Part shown: positions 1 to 10,129 of the stretch, one piece after another | Layout: each line of letters starts with the position of its first letter | Position numbering within the stretch: the stretch's first letter is position 1 | Assembly: GCA_964422165.1 (NCBI GenBank) | Contig: CAYQZX010000044.1 | Location: 8,105-72,104 of the forward strand | Reading direction: 5' to 3' | Length of the DNA stretch: 64,000 nt | Source: an uncultured Eubacteriales bacterium | Lineage (GTDB): Bacteria > Acidobacteriota > Aminicenantia > Aminicenantales > Saccharicenantaceae | Program-made: the position numbers and the translations under genes | The notes under the pieces: model-generated | Databases searched by the model: none | Told to the model about the DNA's origin: nothing | The model's input: only the letters and a program-made list of their open reading frames with translations

Positions 1-897
1 GGCTGGATGTACTTCAAAACTTTGTGGAATAATGGAGGACTGGTGAAGAAAGCCCAAAATTTTGGGGGTTTCTCTGATGATTTTTTCTTCTTCCTGTTCA
101 ATAAAGGGAATGAGATTTCCGCTTATGTCCAGGGCCGGCAGGCCTTTTCTTCCTGCTCCAGAGATTGACTGGAAAGTGGTTACCCTGACTCTTTTGAGGC
201 CAAACTCCATTAAGGGCTTCAGAGCCAGGGAAAGTCCGGCCACACAGCAGTTGCTGCCAGCGGCTATGAACCCCCCGTATTTTTTCTTCTGAATCAGCAA
301 AAGCGGCAGGTGACTGAAACTGACTTCCGGAATAAGAATGGGAACATCCCGGTCCATGCGATGGGCTGAAGCGTTGGTAAAAATAAAAAAACCTGCCTGC
401 CTCAGCTCGGTTTCGATGGTGCTGGCTTCTCCTGCTGGCAGAGCACAGAAAATTATCCGGGCTCCTGATTCCTTGATGGTGTTTAAACTGGTCTTTCTGA
501 TAGGCATATTTTTAATAGTTTGAGGCACCTCGATTGCAGTGAGACCGCTTATCTTATGAATTAAATCCAGGTCCCCGATTTTTTTCCCTTCATTTTCGGA
601 AGTGGCAGTAGCCAGGACCAGTTCAAAAAAGGGATGGTCGCTGAGTAGCTGAATAAAAACCTGCCCTACCAGACCAGAAGCCCCGAGCACAGCGACCGGA
701 ATTTTCTGGCCTTTCCGAAATTTTCTTGAAAATAACTGGCCGGGGAAAGAGAAGCCTTCTTCCAGGTCAGGCTTTTCTTTTAAAAAGTTTTTTGAGCTGG
801 CCGGGAATTCTGACCGATTTGCCTGGAGTTCGTTTACAAAACACTCCTGCAGAGAAAGTTTATTTCTGGCCGGCTTTTTCTGGCTTTTTCCTGACAT
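1..897 (-). CDS. asd: Aspartate-semialdehyde dehydrogenase; start codon at 897, 3' end runs off the left edge of the window
   Basis: Manual reverse-strand translation (not in the ORF track because the ORF is open at the edge) reads MSGKSQKK...VAVLGASGLVGQ...GSNCCVAGLSLALKPL...QSISGAGRKG...NLIPFIEQEEEKI. Strong SD (AAGGAGGTAA) 5 nt upstream of the ATG. Confidence 0.8.
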   Translation of the reverse strand, partial: MSGKSQKKPARNKLSLQECFVNELQANRSEFPASSKNFLKEKPDLEEGFSFPGQLFSRKFRKGQKIPVAVLGASGLVGQVFIQLLSDHPFFELVLATATSENEGKKIGDLDLIHKISGLTAIEVPQTIKNMPIRKTSLNTIKESGARIIFCALPAGEASTIETELRQAGFFIFTNASAHRMDRDVPILIPEVSFSHLPLLLIQKKKYGGFIAAGSNCCVAGLSLALKPLMEFGLKRVRVTTFQSISGAGRKGLPALDISGNLIPFIEQEEEKIIRETPKILGFLHQSSIIPQSFEVHPA

Positions 898-1355
898 GAA
901 TTACCTCCTTAAGGCATAGAAGTAATAGACCCGTTTTCCGGGTTAAGAGGCGGGATTCCCGAATACCTGCCTTCACTCAGGAAGGCAAGCATTCGGGCTT
1001 CACATTATCATGCAGGGGAGATGGAGGGGAGTATAAAGGAGGGCTGAAGAATCAATGCCTGGCAAATGCCCGTTCACTTCATTTCTCTCCACTTTTTTCA
1101 TCTTATTCAGAAAACTGCTAAAACTATTAGCAGAGAAAAAAAGCTCTGTCAAGAGGCTAACCTTCTGAGCAAATAGGGCAGGTCAGGTTAAAGCTTTTGA
1201 AGATAAAGTTTTAATGGCTAATTTTTTCTCCGCCGGTAATATTTAGCCAGAAAGGCTGATTTAGGAGTCAGGTCACAGAGAATAAGGCTGATATTCTCTG
1301 AAATAAAGGACCGTTTGCTAAACTGGGAACCAAGCCAAACCAGGTTGCGTTTTTT

Positions 1356-3452
1356 CTATTTTTTCTCCAGCGCAGACAGCAATTTACGAATTTCTGGCTG
1401 ATCCGGGTTCAAACGGAGGGAAGCCTCCAGTACCTGTCTGGCTCTTTCTTTCTGATTTGTTTTAAGATAGACCTGACCTAGGGCGTTAAGGGCTCTAATG
1501 TCGGAGTCGTAAATGGTAATAGTCTTGAGAAGTTCGTCAAGAGCCTGATTGTAATCTTCTTTTCCCAGGAAAGCCAGTCCCCGGAAAAGGTGATAATCAA
1601 AAGCCTGGCTGTCTTCAGCTTTTAATTGCTCGGCCATTTCCAGGGTTTTATCAAACTGCCCGGTCTTGATTAAAAACTGACAGTAATCCTTGAGCCCTTC
1701 GCGATAGTTTGGATTGTGTTTGAAGGCTTGCTCGTAGTAGAAGCTGGCCTTTTCGTTCTGATTGAGTTTGTCATACTGACTGGCCAGCATGTAGTAGTAG
1801 GCAAAAAGATTGCTGAGAGCGAAACTCTTAGCCTGAATAATGGGGTGACCAATTATCTTTTCGGGGGAGATAATAAAGGTTCCCTTTTTCTGGTCAAGCT
1901 GATTGCCCGCTCCATCCTGGAGAGTCAGATTAACTTCGTAGTAATCAGGCATCATATCCCTTAAGGATATTTCTCTTGAGTAGTTGGTTATCCTGGAGAA
2001 TTCTTTTTCTCTGAGGTTTACCTCCAGTTCTTTAACTGACTGGTTGTTGGGAGCCAGGCCTTTAATCTGAATAAGGGCTTTTCCATTCTGTCTTAGATTT
2101 TCACTGAGATTTACCACGTTAAAGCTTATTATCAGAGGCTCGTTAGCCCCCAGGGTGTTCCGGGGGTCAACCAGGAATTTGGTGTTGTTAATCTTAAAGG
2201 GCAGGTGCTGATTCTGGGGGAATTGTTCAATCCGGTAGCCTATCAGGGGACCGGCCAGGTGGGGTTTACCAGCCGGTTCGCTTATCAACACCTGTTTTTC
2301 CAGAGTGGTAAACTCTTTGGAAACGGGATTTCTGAGGAGAACAGTCAGCTGGTACTGGCCTTCGGCTGCCGGGAAAGTATCTTCCAGAGCCAGTCCATTA
2401 CCCCGGATTCTTTCCAGTTCGCTTTCTTGAAAATAAAAGGACATATTGCGGTTATACTGAAAAACGATCTGGTCCTGTTTTCTGAGGCTAACATCCATCA
2501 GCCAGGGAATGTAATACTGGTTTCTTGGTTCGTAATAATCCACCGAAAGCCTTTTGGGAGCTAATGAGAAGTGGATAAAATTCAGGCCGGTTATCGGGTC
2601 TGGAATTACCTCTACCAGACCTTCAGAGTCAACATAGTTAGTTAGATATTCGGTAGAGACCATACCCTTGTAGTTGAGAAAATGGGTGGCATATGATGGA
2701 TTGATATCCTTTTTGGGAGAGTTCAGGATTTCAGCCAGTAAAATGTTGTAACGGGGCGAAGGAGAATAATCGTGGTGAAATTCACCGGGAATCAGAGAAA
2801 TGGCCGTGTTGGCCAGAGTCGGCGCAATTTCCTGAATCTTTTCGTAGAGTTCTTCATAAGTCAGGCCGTCCAGCCCTCTTTTGTCCTGAAGGAGGCTGGC
2901 CGGTCCGTCAGCAGCCGGGTCGTAAAGTTTATATTCTGTGCTTCCGTGCCGCTGAAAAAACAGGAAAGTAAAAACAGGTGGCAAACCTTTGTTGGGGTCG
3001 CCATGATAGGTCCAGGCCTGGCAGGGAACTATACCCAGAACCCCTTCAAATCTTTCAATGCTCTCTGGCGGGCCCAGAATCATATAGATCCGCCCCATAT
3101 CTGTCTGCCAGCCTTCTCTGGTTGAACCCCGCCTGAAGTATTTATTAACGTAGTTAAACCGTTTGATTATTTCTTCTTTGTATTCATTTTCGGGAGTCCC
3201 GGGAGTTGGGTCTCTCATATTCCAGAAGGTTTCTATAAAAAGGTCTCTTTCCCGGTCGTTGTTCAACTTCAGGAAAACTTCTCGCTCCTGTGGCAATATT
3301 ATGTAATGAACCAGTTTAAGCCATTCCTGATATTTTTGGTTCAAATTCTTGATTATTTTGTCCTGGCTTTGGGCCGGAGCAGGTAGTTGCAGCAACAAAA
3401 TAATAATCAAAAAGACGATAAAACTGACCCTGATCATTCTTACTTTTTTCAT
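1356..3452 (-). CDS. Secreted GWxTD-domain protein with C-terminal TPR repeats
   Basis: 698 aa with an N-terminal signal peptide, a GWQTDMGRIYMILGPP (GWxTD) motif, and a C-terminal third rich in TPR-like repeats (YYEQAFKHNPNY, ALNALGQVYLK...). Confidence 0.8.
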   Translation of the reverse strand: MKKVRMIRVSFIVFLIIILLLQLPAPAQSQDKIIKNLNQKYQEWLKLVHYIILPQEREVFLKLNNDRERDLFIETFWNMRDPTPGTPENEYKEEIIKRFNYVNKYFRRGSTREGWQTDMGRIYMILGPPESIERFEGVLGIVPCQAWTYHGDPNKGLPPVFTFLFFQRHGSTEYKLYDPAADGPASLLQDKRGLDGLTYEELYEKIQEIAPTLANTAISLIPGEFHHDYSPSPRYNILLAEILNSPKKDINPSYATHFLNYKGMVSTEYLTNYVDSEGLVEVIPDPITGLNFIHFSLAPKRLSVDYYEPRNQYYIPWLMDVSLRKQDQIVFQYNRNMSFYFQESELERIRGNGLALEDTFPAAEGQYQLTVLLRNPVSKEFTTLEKQVLISEPAGKPHLAGPLIGYRIEQFPQNQHLPFKINNTKFLVDPRNTLGANEPLIISFNVVNLSENLRQNGKALIQIKGLAPNNQSVKELEVNLREKEFSRITNYSREISLRDMMPDYYEVNLTLQDGAGNQLDQKKGTFIISPEKIIGHPIIQAKSFALSNLFAYYYMLASQYDKLNQNEKASFYYEQAFKHNPNYREGLKDYCQFLIKTGQFDKTLEMAEQLKAEDSQAFDYHLFRGLAFLGKEDYNQALDELLKTITIYDSDIRALNALGQVYLKTNQKERARQVLEASLRLNPDQPEIRKLLSALEKK

Positions 3453-3734
3453 ATTTTCGCACCCATAAAAGCTTTATCCAATCTACTCAACAGGCAAATC
3501 AATCCTAACCCATGGCTCATAAGGTGTCAAGAAAACTTATGCCTTCAAGAATCTCTCTTCTCCTGTCAGTAACTAAAACTCAAAATTCTACAAACCAGTT
3601 GCCCTGTTTATTCAAAGAGCCATTCTGGCTTTCATAAATATATAATTAAGGCGGTGGAGAGCTTCTGTCAATCAGGAATGAGGTTTAAGCCTGAGGCTGA
3701 ATGAGCCTAAAGCTTAAAGAAAGGGTATCTGACG

Positions 3735-5471
3735 TCAGCTAATGCTTTTGCCTGTAATGGAATTGGGTATCTTAAAGAGCTTGAAGCTTTTAAGTGTTGG
3801 GGCATCGCGGGCTTGTTTAATCACCAGTCGGATTTTCTCGGAGGTAAACGGCTCAAAAGTTATAATCCTTTTATAGCCAACAGTAGTGCCCGCTGCTATT
3901 TCTACCCAGTCCTGGTCTCTATAGGCCTCAAGGGCAAACTCTTCGATTCTTTGCCCCTGGCGGATGTCTTCCTGAAGTTCAACGCAGTCAAAAGTGACTC
4001 CAGTCTTCAATAAAAATTCTATGGTTGCCCTGGTCCTGCCCGGCGCTGCTCTCCAGCCGGAATCCCGATTTCGGTCTAAAAGCAATCTGGCCGGATAATC
4101 AGGATGATGGTGATTTGAGGTTACCCCGGCTATTTGGAGGCGACCTTTCTTAAAGGTCTGGTCCAGTAATTTCTTAAAACCAAGCAGGGACCTGACATCA
4201 TTTTCGGCTATGAGTCCCCTACGGTCGGGTGGAACATTAAGCAGAAGTACAGAATTCCGTCCAACTGATTTGAGATAAATCTCAAAAAGCTCAAATGGGC
4301 TTTTGACCTGGTTGTCCTGGTTTGGGTGGTAGAACCAGCCCGGTCGGATGGAAACATCAACTTCAGCCGGATACCAGAAAAGGGCTCGGGCCCTGGTTAT
4401 TTTTTCCCGGCTGCCCAGGTCTGAAGCCATCAGGTCTTCGGGCTTAAAAACTCGCTCCAAGGTATATTGGCCGGAGCGGAGAAGGCGGAGTGAATCCTCA
4501 GGAAGATCCAGCGGCAGGACGCTCCATTCACTCTCTCTGGCCAGACCTCTTTCATTCCCCACCCAGCGAACATCCGGACCCATAATGGCAATGACGGCTT
4601 GTGGCTGCATTTTTCGTATTAGCTCGTAATATGAATTCCAGTCATAGACCATCTTTCTCCCGTCAGGACCTTCTCCGCAGTATCCGTCAAACCAGACTTC
4701 TGCTATCGGTCCATAATTGCTCAGAAGTTCTTTAAGCTGGGTAAGAAAATAGGTATTGTATTGAGGGGTACCGTAGCTTTTTTCATGACGGCCCCAGGGT
4801 GAAAGGTAGAGGCCAAAATCCAGGCCTTCTTCCCGGCAGGCCATGGCCACATCTCGCACTACATCTCCCCGGCCTTCTTTCCAGCGACTTTTTTTTTTAA
4901 CTGAGTAGTCGGTGGTTTTTGTTGGCCAGAGACAAAAACCATCGTGATGTCTGGCTGTCAGGACAACCATCTTAAAGCCAGCTTCTTTCAGGACCCTGGT
5001 CCACTGTCTCGGATTAAAATGCGTTGGGTTAAAGAGAGAGGGGTCTTCAGTTCCCTCGCCGTGTTCTTTATCGGTAAAAGTATTCAGACCAAAATGAATA
5101 AAGGCAGAGAGCTCTTTACTCTGCCAGTCCAGCTGGCGTTGGGTCGGAACGATCCGGGCTGCTTTCCAGGCAATAATTTCCGGTGAATCATCAGGGTCAA
5201 TAAACTGGAGGTGACCGAAGCCTTTATCATCTAATTTTTCTGGCAATTTAAGTGGGCTGGAGGCAGAAGAGTTTTTTTGAAGAAGAAAAAGAACCAGAAG
5301 CCCCAGAATAAGAGCAGAAGCCATAATACTGACTTTCAGCTGGGACGAGGCCGATTTTTTGGTTAGCGAATTGTCTGATTCGCTGGACCCAGGGCCTTCA
5401 AATGAAAATAGAAAAACCGATTGTTTTCTCTGGCTTTGGGCGACCTTGCCGATTTGAGTTCTGTTATCCAT
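3735..5471 (-). CDS. Alpha-L-fucosidase (GH29 family), secreted; an alternative start at 5324 would put the signal peptide MASALILG at the N-terminus
   Basis: HHDGFCLWPT, GLYLSPW and EVWFDGYCGEG blocks typical of GH29, with a C-terminal beta-sandwich-like region. The first 49 codons have no RBS; the internal ATG at 5324 precedes a hydrophobic signal sequence. Confidence 0.8.
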   Translation of the reverse strand: MDNRTQIGKVAQSQRKQSVFLFSFEGPGSSESDNSLTKKSASSQLKVSIMASALILGLLVLFLLQKNSSASSPLKLPEKLDDKGFGHLQFIDPDDSPEIIAWKAARIVPTQRQLDWQSKELSAFIHFGLNTFTDKEHGEGTEDPSLFNPTHFNPRQWTRVLKEAGFKMVVLTARHHDGFCLWPTKTTDYSVKKKSRWKEGRGDVVRDVAMACREEGLDFGLYLSPWGRHEKSYGTPQYNTYFLTQLKELLSNYGPIAEVWFDGYCGEGPDGRKMVYDWNSYYELIRKMQPQAVIAIMGPDVRWVGNERGLARESEWSVLPLDLPEDSLRLLRSGQYTLERVFKPEDLMASDLGSREKITRARALFWYPAEVDVSIRPGWFYHPNQDNQVKSPFELFEIYLKSVGRNSVLLLNVPPDRRGLIAENDVRSLLGFKKLLDQTFKKGRLQIAGVTSNHHHPDYPARLLLDRNRDSGWRAAPGRTRATIEFLLKTGVTFDCVELQEDIRQGQRIEEFALEAYRDQDWVEIAAGTTVGYKRIITFEPFTSEKIRLVIKQARDAPTLKSFKLFKIPNSITGKSIS

Positions 5472-5544
5472 TTCTGGCTGGAGATTTTATAATTATTGGC
5501 TTTGATTCTGCCCTTATAATTAAATCACTAATTATATTCTTTAC

Positions 5545-7089
5545 TCACCAAAAAATTATATAGAGGGTAATAGTCAACAGGATGATAGCGGCGCTGAGGT
5601 ACTTCAAGGCCGGGCTGGAACGCAGGTCGAAGTTTTCCTGCACAGGCAGCGTTTTCGGCTCTTTAAGCGGTTTGAGCAGAGTTATAATTGCCATAACCAG
5701 GATAAGGACCAGAAAATTTATGGCAATTCGGTTAAGGAAAGCAATGTGGCCAAACTGCCATTTCAGAAATCCATAAACCGGCACTGTTAGAATCAGAGCC
5801 GAAACACCCGCTGCTGGCGGTGTTTTTTTTATGAAAAGACCGAAGACAAAAGCGGCCAAAACTCCCGGTGAGACAAAGCCCTGGAATTCCTGAATATAGT
5901 TAAAAATACCCTTAAACCTCGGGTCTCCGAGTTTCGGAGCCAGCAGACAGACAGCCAGCACAAAGACAATGGTGGCTACTCGTCCTATCTTTATCAAGGA
6001 TTCCTGGCTGGCGTCTTTTTTTAGGTGACGTTTGTAAAGGTCCATAGTCAGAATGGTGGAAACTGAATTCAACAGCGAGCCCAGGGTACTGATCACAGCT
6101 CCAGCGATGGCAGCCAGAATAAAACCCCTCATCCCCGGTCCTACCAGGTTTCTGATGAGCAGCGGATAGGCTTGATCAGTGGTATGACCTGGAGCCAGAA
6201 GCTGGTCTTTGTAAAGCTGGTAGGAGATGATTCCTGGTATCACTATTATGAACGGGATAAGAAGTTTGAGAAAAGCGGCAAACATGATCCCCAGCTGACC
6301 CTGTTTTAAGCTCTTGGCGGCCAGGGTTCTCTGGGTTATGAACTGGTTAAGACCCCAGTAATAAAAATTGGGAATCCAGAGCCCAACGACCAGGGTAGTC
6401 CAGGGTATGACCGGATGGTCTGCCGGCATAATCATGTGGAGCTTATCCTGGTTGGCGGCAAAAAAGGCTCCTACGCCACCCACAGCTTTGAAACCGAGGA
6501 CCATAGTCACCAGACCGCCGATAATCAGAGCTGATCCCTGAAAGAGGTCCGCCCAGGCTACTGCTTTAAGACCGCCCCAGGTAGTGTAAACGGCTGCAAT
6601 TATTCCAATCAGCCAGACAGCTTTGACCAGGTCAAAATCGAAAATGGTGTGAAGAGCCAGTGCCCCGGTATAAACCACAGCTGCTATACTAACCAGCGTG
6701 TAGATGAGAATCATGTAGAAAGCCATAAGACCACGGGCGGCCGAATTATAGCGATATTCAAGAAACTCAGGTATGGTATAAATGCCGCTGCGCAGAAACT
6801 TTGGCAAAAAGAAAAGGGCTACGAAGACCAGTGTTATAGCGGCCATCCACTCGTAACTGGCTACAGCCAGACCGGCAATACCTGCGGCCTGTCCGGACAT
6901 ACCGACGAAGTGCTCGGTTGAAATGTTGGCGGCTATCAAGGAGAAACCAATTAAGGGCCAGACCAGACCTCTTCCAGCCAGGAAAAAATCGGTTCCGGTC
7001 CTTTCTTTACGGCTTTTGTACATGCTGACCGAGACCACCACCACAAAAAAGACTATGAAAACTGAAAGGTCCAGCCAGTGAAGCTGCAT
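5545..7089 (-). CDS. Sodium:solute symporter (SSS family) transporter
   Basis: 514 aa, about 13 TM helices, with N-terminal DFFLAGRGL and WGGLKAVAWADLFQG motifs typical of SSS/SglT-like sugar symporters. It is co-directional with the adjacent fucosidase gene. Confidence 0.85.
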   Translation of the reverse strand: MQLHWLDLSVFIVFFVVVVSVSMYKSRKERTGTDFFLAGRGLVWPLIGFSLIAANISTEHFVGMSGQAAGIAGLAVASYEWMAAITLVFVALFFLPKFLRSGIYTIPEFLEYRYNSAARGLMAFYMILIYTLVSIAAVVYTGALALHTIFDFDLVKAVWLIGIIAAVYTTWGGLKAVAWADLFQGSALIIGGLVTMVLGFKAVGGVGAFFAANQDKLHMIMPADHPVIPWTTLVVGLWIPNFYYWGLNQFITQRTLAAKSLKQGQLGIMFAAFLKLLIPFIIVIPGIISYQLYKDQLLAPGHTTDQAYPLLIRNLVGPGMRGFILAAIAGAVISTLGSLLNSVSTILTMDLYKRHLKKDASQESLIKIGRVATIVFVLAVCLLAPKLGDPRFKGIFNYIQEFQGFVSPGVLAAFVFGLFIKKTPPAAGVSALILTVPVYGFLKWQFGHIAFLNRIAINFLVLILVMAIITLLKPLKEPKTLPVQENFDLRSSPALKYLSAAIILLTITLYIIFW

Positions 7090-7309
7090 GACCGACTCCT
7101 TTTTATCAGATAATAATTAGCTTAAACATACAAGCCATATTATATGCAAATTAACTTTGAGGGAAAAAGAAAAAAAGTTAATAGGCTGGGCCTTCAAAAG
7201 TCCCGGTTGGAGTAAATAAAATATTGACTTTTAAGTCATTATTCTGGTAAAAAGCAAAAGCTGGGTAAAGAAGTTTTTACTAAGGAGTTTAACAAAAAGG
7301 GGATCATTT

Positions 7310-9445
7310 ATGAGGCTAAAATTTAAAAGCAACCTTTTTATCTTTTTTTGGGTGATTTTTTTCTTTAGTCTGAGCGGACTATCAGGTCTGGAACCACCAA
7401 CCAGAGAGCAGATCCAAAAGTACAAACAGGATGGTACTTATGCAGCTAGAGTAGCTGCGGCCAAAGCTATTGGCAACCATCTGATGGACCCTGAGGTGGT
7501 GGCTCACCTTAATTACAAAGTGAGAAGACTGGCTCTTGAAGCTCAGGGGTTGAGTGAAAGTGAAATCAACAAAATTTTGGCTCCACCCCCGAGCCGCCGG
7601 GGGATGCCGACCACGGGGGTGGTCAAAGTCCTGGCTATCTTGGTTGCCTTCAGTAATTATCCTCCAATAACCAGTGCCAGTTTTGTGGAGGAAAAACTTT
7701 TTGGCCCGGCCAATGTTTATGACCCGACCTATCCCTACGAAAGCCAGCGAGCCTACTACCTCCGGGCTTCCTACAATCAGCTTGATATTCAGGGCAATGT
7801 TCTCGGTTGGTACACAACCTCATACCCACGGTCTCAAGTTTCTGAGACCACTGCAGGCCGGGAAAACCTGATTAAAGAAGTCTTGAATTATTATGACCAG
7901 CAAGGACATGATTTTACTCAGTATGATAACGACAATGATGGGACAATAGATTACTTTTTGGTTTTCTGGACGGGCCCGCATGGAGAATGGGCCTCTTTCT
8001 GGTGGGGTTATCAGACCAGCTTCAGCGACTCTACTTACAGACTGGACGGAAAAAGACTGCGGAAATACTCCTGGCAGTGGGAGCTCTATAACTATCCTTC
8101 GGGACAGTTTTCTCCAAGAACTGCCATTCATGAAACTGGTCATGCCCTTGGTCTTCCCGATTATTATGATTATGATGATTCAATAGGACCAAAAGGTGGG
8201 GTGGGCGGTTTTGATATGATGGATAGCTCCAACTATGACCATAACTGCTTTTCTAAATTTGTGCTGGACTGGATAAATCCGGCTGTTTTCAGTGCCGGGA
8301 ATCAGGTCTATAACCTTAGAGCTTCTGGGGCTTACCCTGAAGCCGTGATTTTCTTTCCTGGAGCCAGCTCTGGAGATATTTTCAATGAGTATTTTATGGT
8401 GCAGAACAGGTATGCCACTATGAATGATGACCGTCTGGTTTCCATAAACAGCGGAAATGTGGGGCTGGCTGTCTGGCACGTCAATGCCCGATTAAATACC
8501 TCAGGGACCAATTTTATGTATGATAATTCATACACCAGTCTGAAATTGTTGAGGCTGGTTCAGGCCGATGGTCTGGATGAGATTGAGCTGGGTGTCCGGG
8601 GTTTTGATAGTGGAGATTTTTTCCGACCAGGCAAAGAACTTGGTCCCTCCACCTATCCCAACACCTCCCGCTATGACGGCACTCCGACTGGAATGGGGAT
8701 GACAAACATCCAGGGTTCAGGCTCTCAGATTAGCTTTCGTTTGTTCTCCGGAGCCAATCCTGACATTCGGTTATCCACTACTGCTTTGAATTTCGGGCAG
8801 GTCAATGTCTGCACTTATAAAGACCTTTCGCTTACAATTTATAACGATGGTGATGCTCCTTTAATCATCAGCAGCCTCAATAGGCAATCGGGAGCCAGTG
8901 ATTTTATTTATGCCGGACCAGCTGTGCCCTTTTCGGTGGCTGCTGGTAGCAGCCGGAACGTAACCTTCAAGTTTTCTGTTTATAACACCGGTCTGTTGAA
9001 TGCTGTCTTCATTTTAAGCTCAAACGACCCGGAAACCCCTCAGATTTCGATTAATTTAAGTGGCACTGGTTTTGTGCCGGAAATAGCCATCAACCTCCAG
9101 GTCCAGAGAAAAGTGGAAAGAGCCTGGATATTGAGGCGGGGTTTTGCCGTCATTTCGGTTCAGGTCAGCAAATCAGCTCCTTTTGAGGTAGAAAGCTACC
9201 GTTTGACCAGAAGAATCAGCGGTAGCAGCGGCAATCCTCAGATTGTTAAGATTTTCAGGGAATCTGATTTTCAATCTGGCCGGCTTGAATATGTTGATAA
9301 ATACTTAGAGATTGACAGAAGCTATGTGTATACCCTGGAGGCTTTAGATTGTTACGGGCGGGTTATTACCCTTACCACTCAAGAAAAATCAGGGACTGAA
9401 CCAGGGAGAGTGCCGACCATCAAACCGATTTACAAGAGAGGTTAG
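7310..9445 (+). CDS. Secreted M6-family (immune-inhibitor-A-like) metalloprotease with C-terminal beta-sandwich (ASH/choice-of-anchor-like) domains
   Basis: Signal peptide, HETGHALGLPDYYDYDD zinc-binding motif (HExxH plus downstream D-rich segment), and a C-terminal region LNFGQVNVCTYKDLSLTIYNDGDAPLII typical of cell-surface Ig-like domains. Confidence 0.8.
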   Translation: MRLKFKSNLFIFFWVIFFFSLSGLSGLEPPTREQIQKYKQDGTYAARVAAAKAIGNHLMDPEVVAHLNYKVRRLALEAQGLSESEINKILAPPPSRRGMPTTGVVKVLAILVAFSNYPPITSASFVEEKLFGPANVYDPTYPYESQRAYYLRASYNQLDIQGNVLGWYTTSYPRSQVSETTAGRENLIKEVLNYYDQQGHDFTQYDNDNDGTIDYFLVFWTGPHGEWASFWWGYQTSFSDSTYRLDGKRLRKYSWQWELYNYPSGQFSPRTAIHETGHALGLPDYYDYDDSIGPKGGVGGFDMMDSSNYDHNCFSKFVLDWINPAVFSAGNQVYNLRASGAYPEAVIFFPGASSGDIFNEYFMVQNRYATMNDDRLVSINSGNVGLAVWHVNARLNTSGTNFMYDNSYTSLKLLRLVQADGLDEIELGVRGFDSGDFFRPGKELGPSTYPNTSRYDGTPTGMGMTNIQGSGSQISFRLFSGANPDIRLSTTALNFGQVNVCTYKDLSLTIYNDGDAPLIISSLNRQSGASDFIYAGPAVPFSVAAGSSRNVTFKFSVYNTGLLNAVFILSSNDPETPQISINLSGTGFVPEIAINLQVQRKVERAWILRRGFAVISVQVSKSAPFEVESYRLTRRISGSSGNPQIVKIFRESDFQSGRLEYVDKYLEIDRSYVYTLEALDCYGRVITLTTQEKSGTEPGRVPTIKPIYKRG

Positions 9446-9446
9446 G

Positions 9447-10019
9447 ATGAAAAACAAAATTATAAACAGGGCAAAGATTTTTTTGATCCTTTTTTCGCTC
9501 TTTTTGGTTTTAACTTCAAATTTACGGGCTGATACTTTGATGCTCACCGTTAGCGGTGGTTATTTGTTTCCGGCTGATGCCGGCTATAGAGAAGTTTATG
9601 GCCGCAGGGTGATAGTTCCTGAGTTTAAAGTGGGACTCCGCGTGCTCAGCAACTTCTATTTCTACGGCAACTTCTTCTCTTTTTCTAAAAATGGTCTAAC
9701 CCCGGAACTGCAAGAGCCGGCCAGATCCAAGCAACAGTTTTTCGGAGGGGGGCTAGCTTATTCTCCCTATCTGAATAAATATTTTAAAGCTTATCTGGGG
9801 GCTGGAGTGGTGGCTGTGACTTACAGCGAAGAAGCCATGGGAATTACGGTCAGCGGTAATAAGGTAGGCTTTTCAGTAGAGGGCGGCTTATATCTGAAAG
9901 AAAAATTTTTGTTGATGGGAATTAACGCTGCTTATTGTGCAGCCAGCTCCAGTTATGAAGAGGTGAATTTTAAGATCGGGGGAGGCAGAGCCTCGGTCCT
10001 TCTGGGCTTTATTTTTTAA
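9447..10019 (+). CDS. Small outer-membrane beta-barrel protein
   Basis: 190 aa with a signal peptide, alternating hydrophobic beta-strand pattern and C-terminal aromatic residue (LLGFIF). It starts 2 nt after the protease gene stop, so is probably co-transcribed. Confidence 0.5.
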   Translation: MKNKIINRAKIFLILFSLFLVLTSNLRADTLMLTVSGGYLFPADAGYREVYGRRVIVPEFKVGLRVLSNFYFYGNFFSFSKNGLTPELQEPARSKQQFFGGGLAYSPYLNKYFKAYLGAGVVAVTYSEEAMGITVSGNKVGFSVEGGLYLKEKFLLMGINAAYCAASSSYEEVNFKIGGGRASVLLGFIF

Positions 10020-10129
10020 TAATCACTAGCCCCTGATAAAGTTGAAGAAAGGCGGAGAGATTGAAAGAGGCCCTGGCCCACAGCTTAAAGCAGCAAAATA
10101 GGCGTGAAAAAACCGATGGTTAGCTGCTG

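Noticed and set aside
3729-3738. CTGACGTCAG 10-bp palindrome (CRE-like)
   Set aside because: It overlaps the stop codon of the fucosidase gene. A single occurrence of a short palindrome is not above chance, and it is not obviously related to the GACGTC dyad motifs at 43616 and 50544 beyond the central hexamer.
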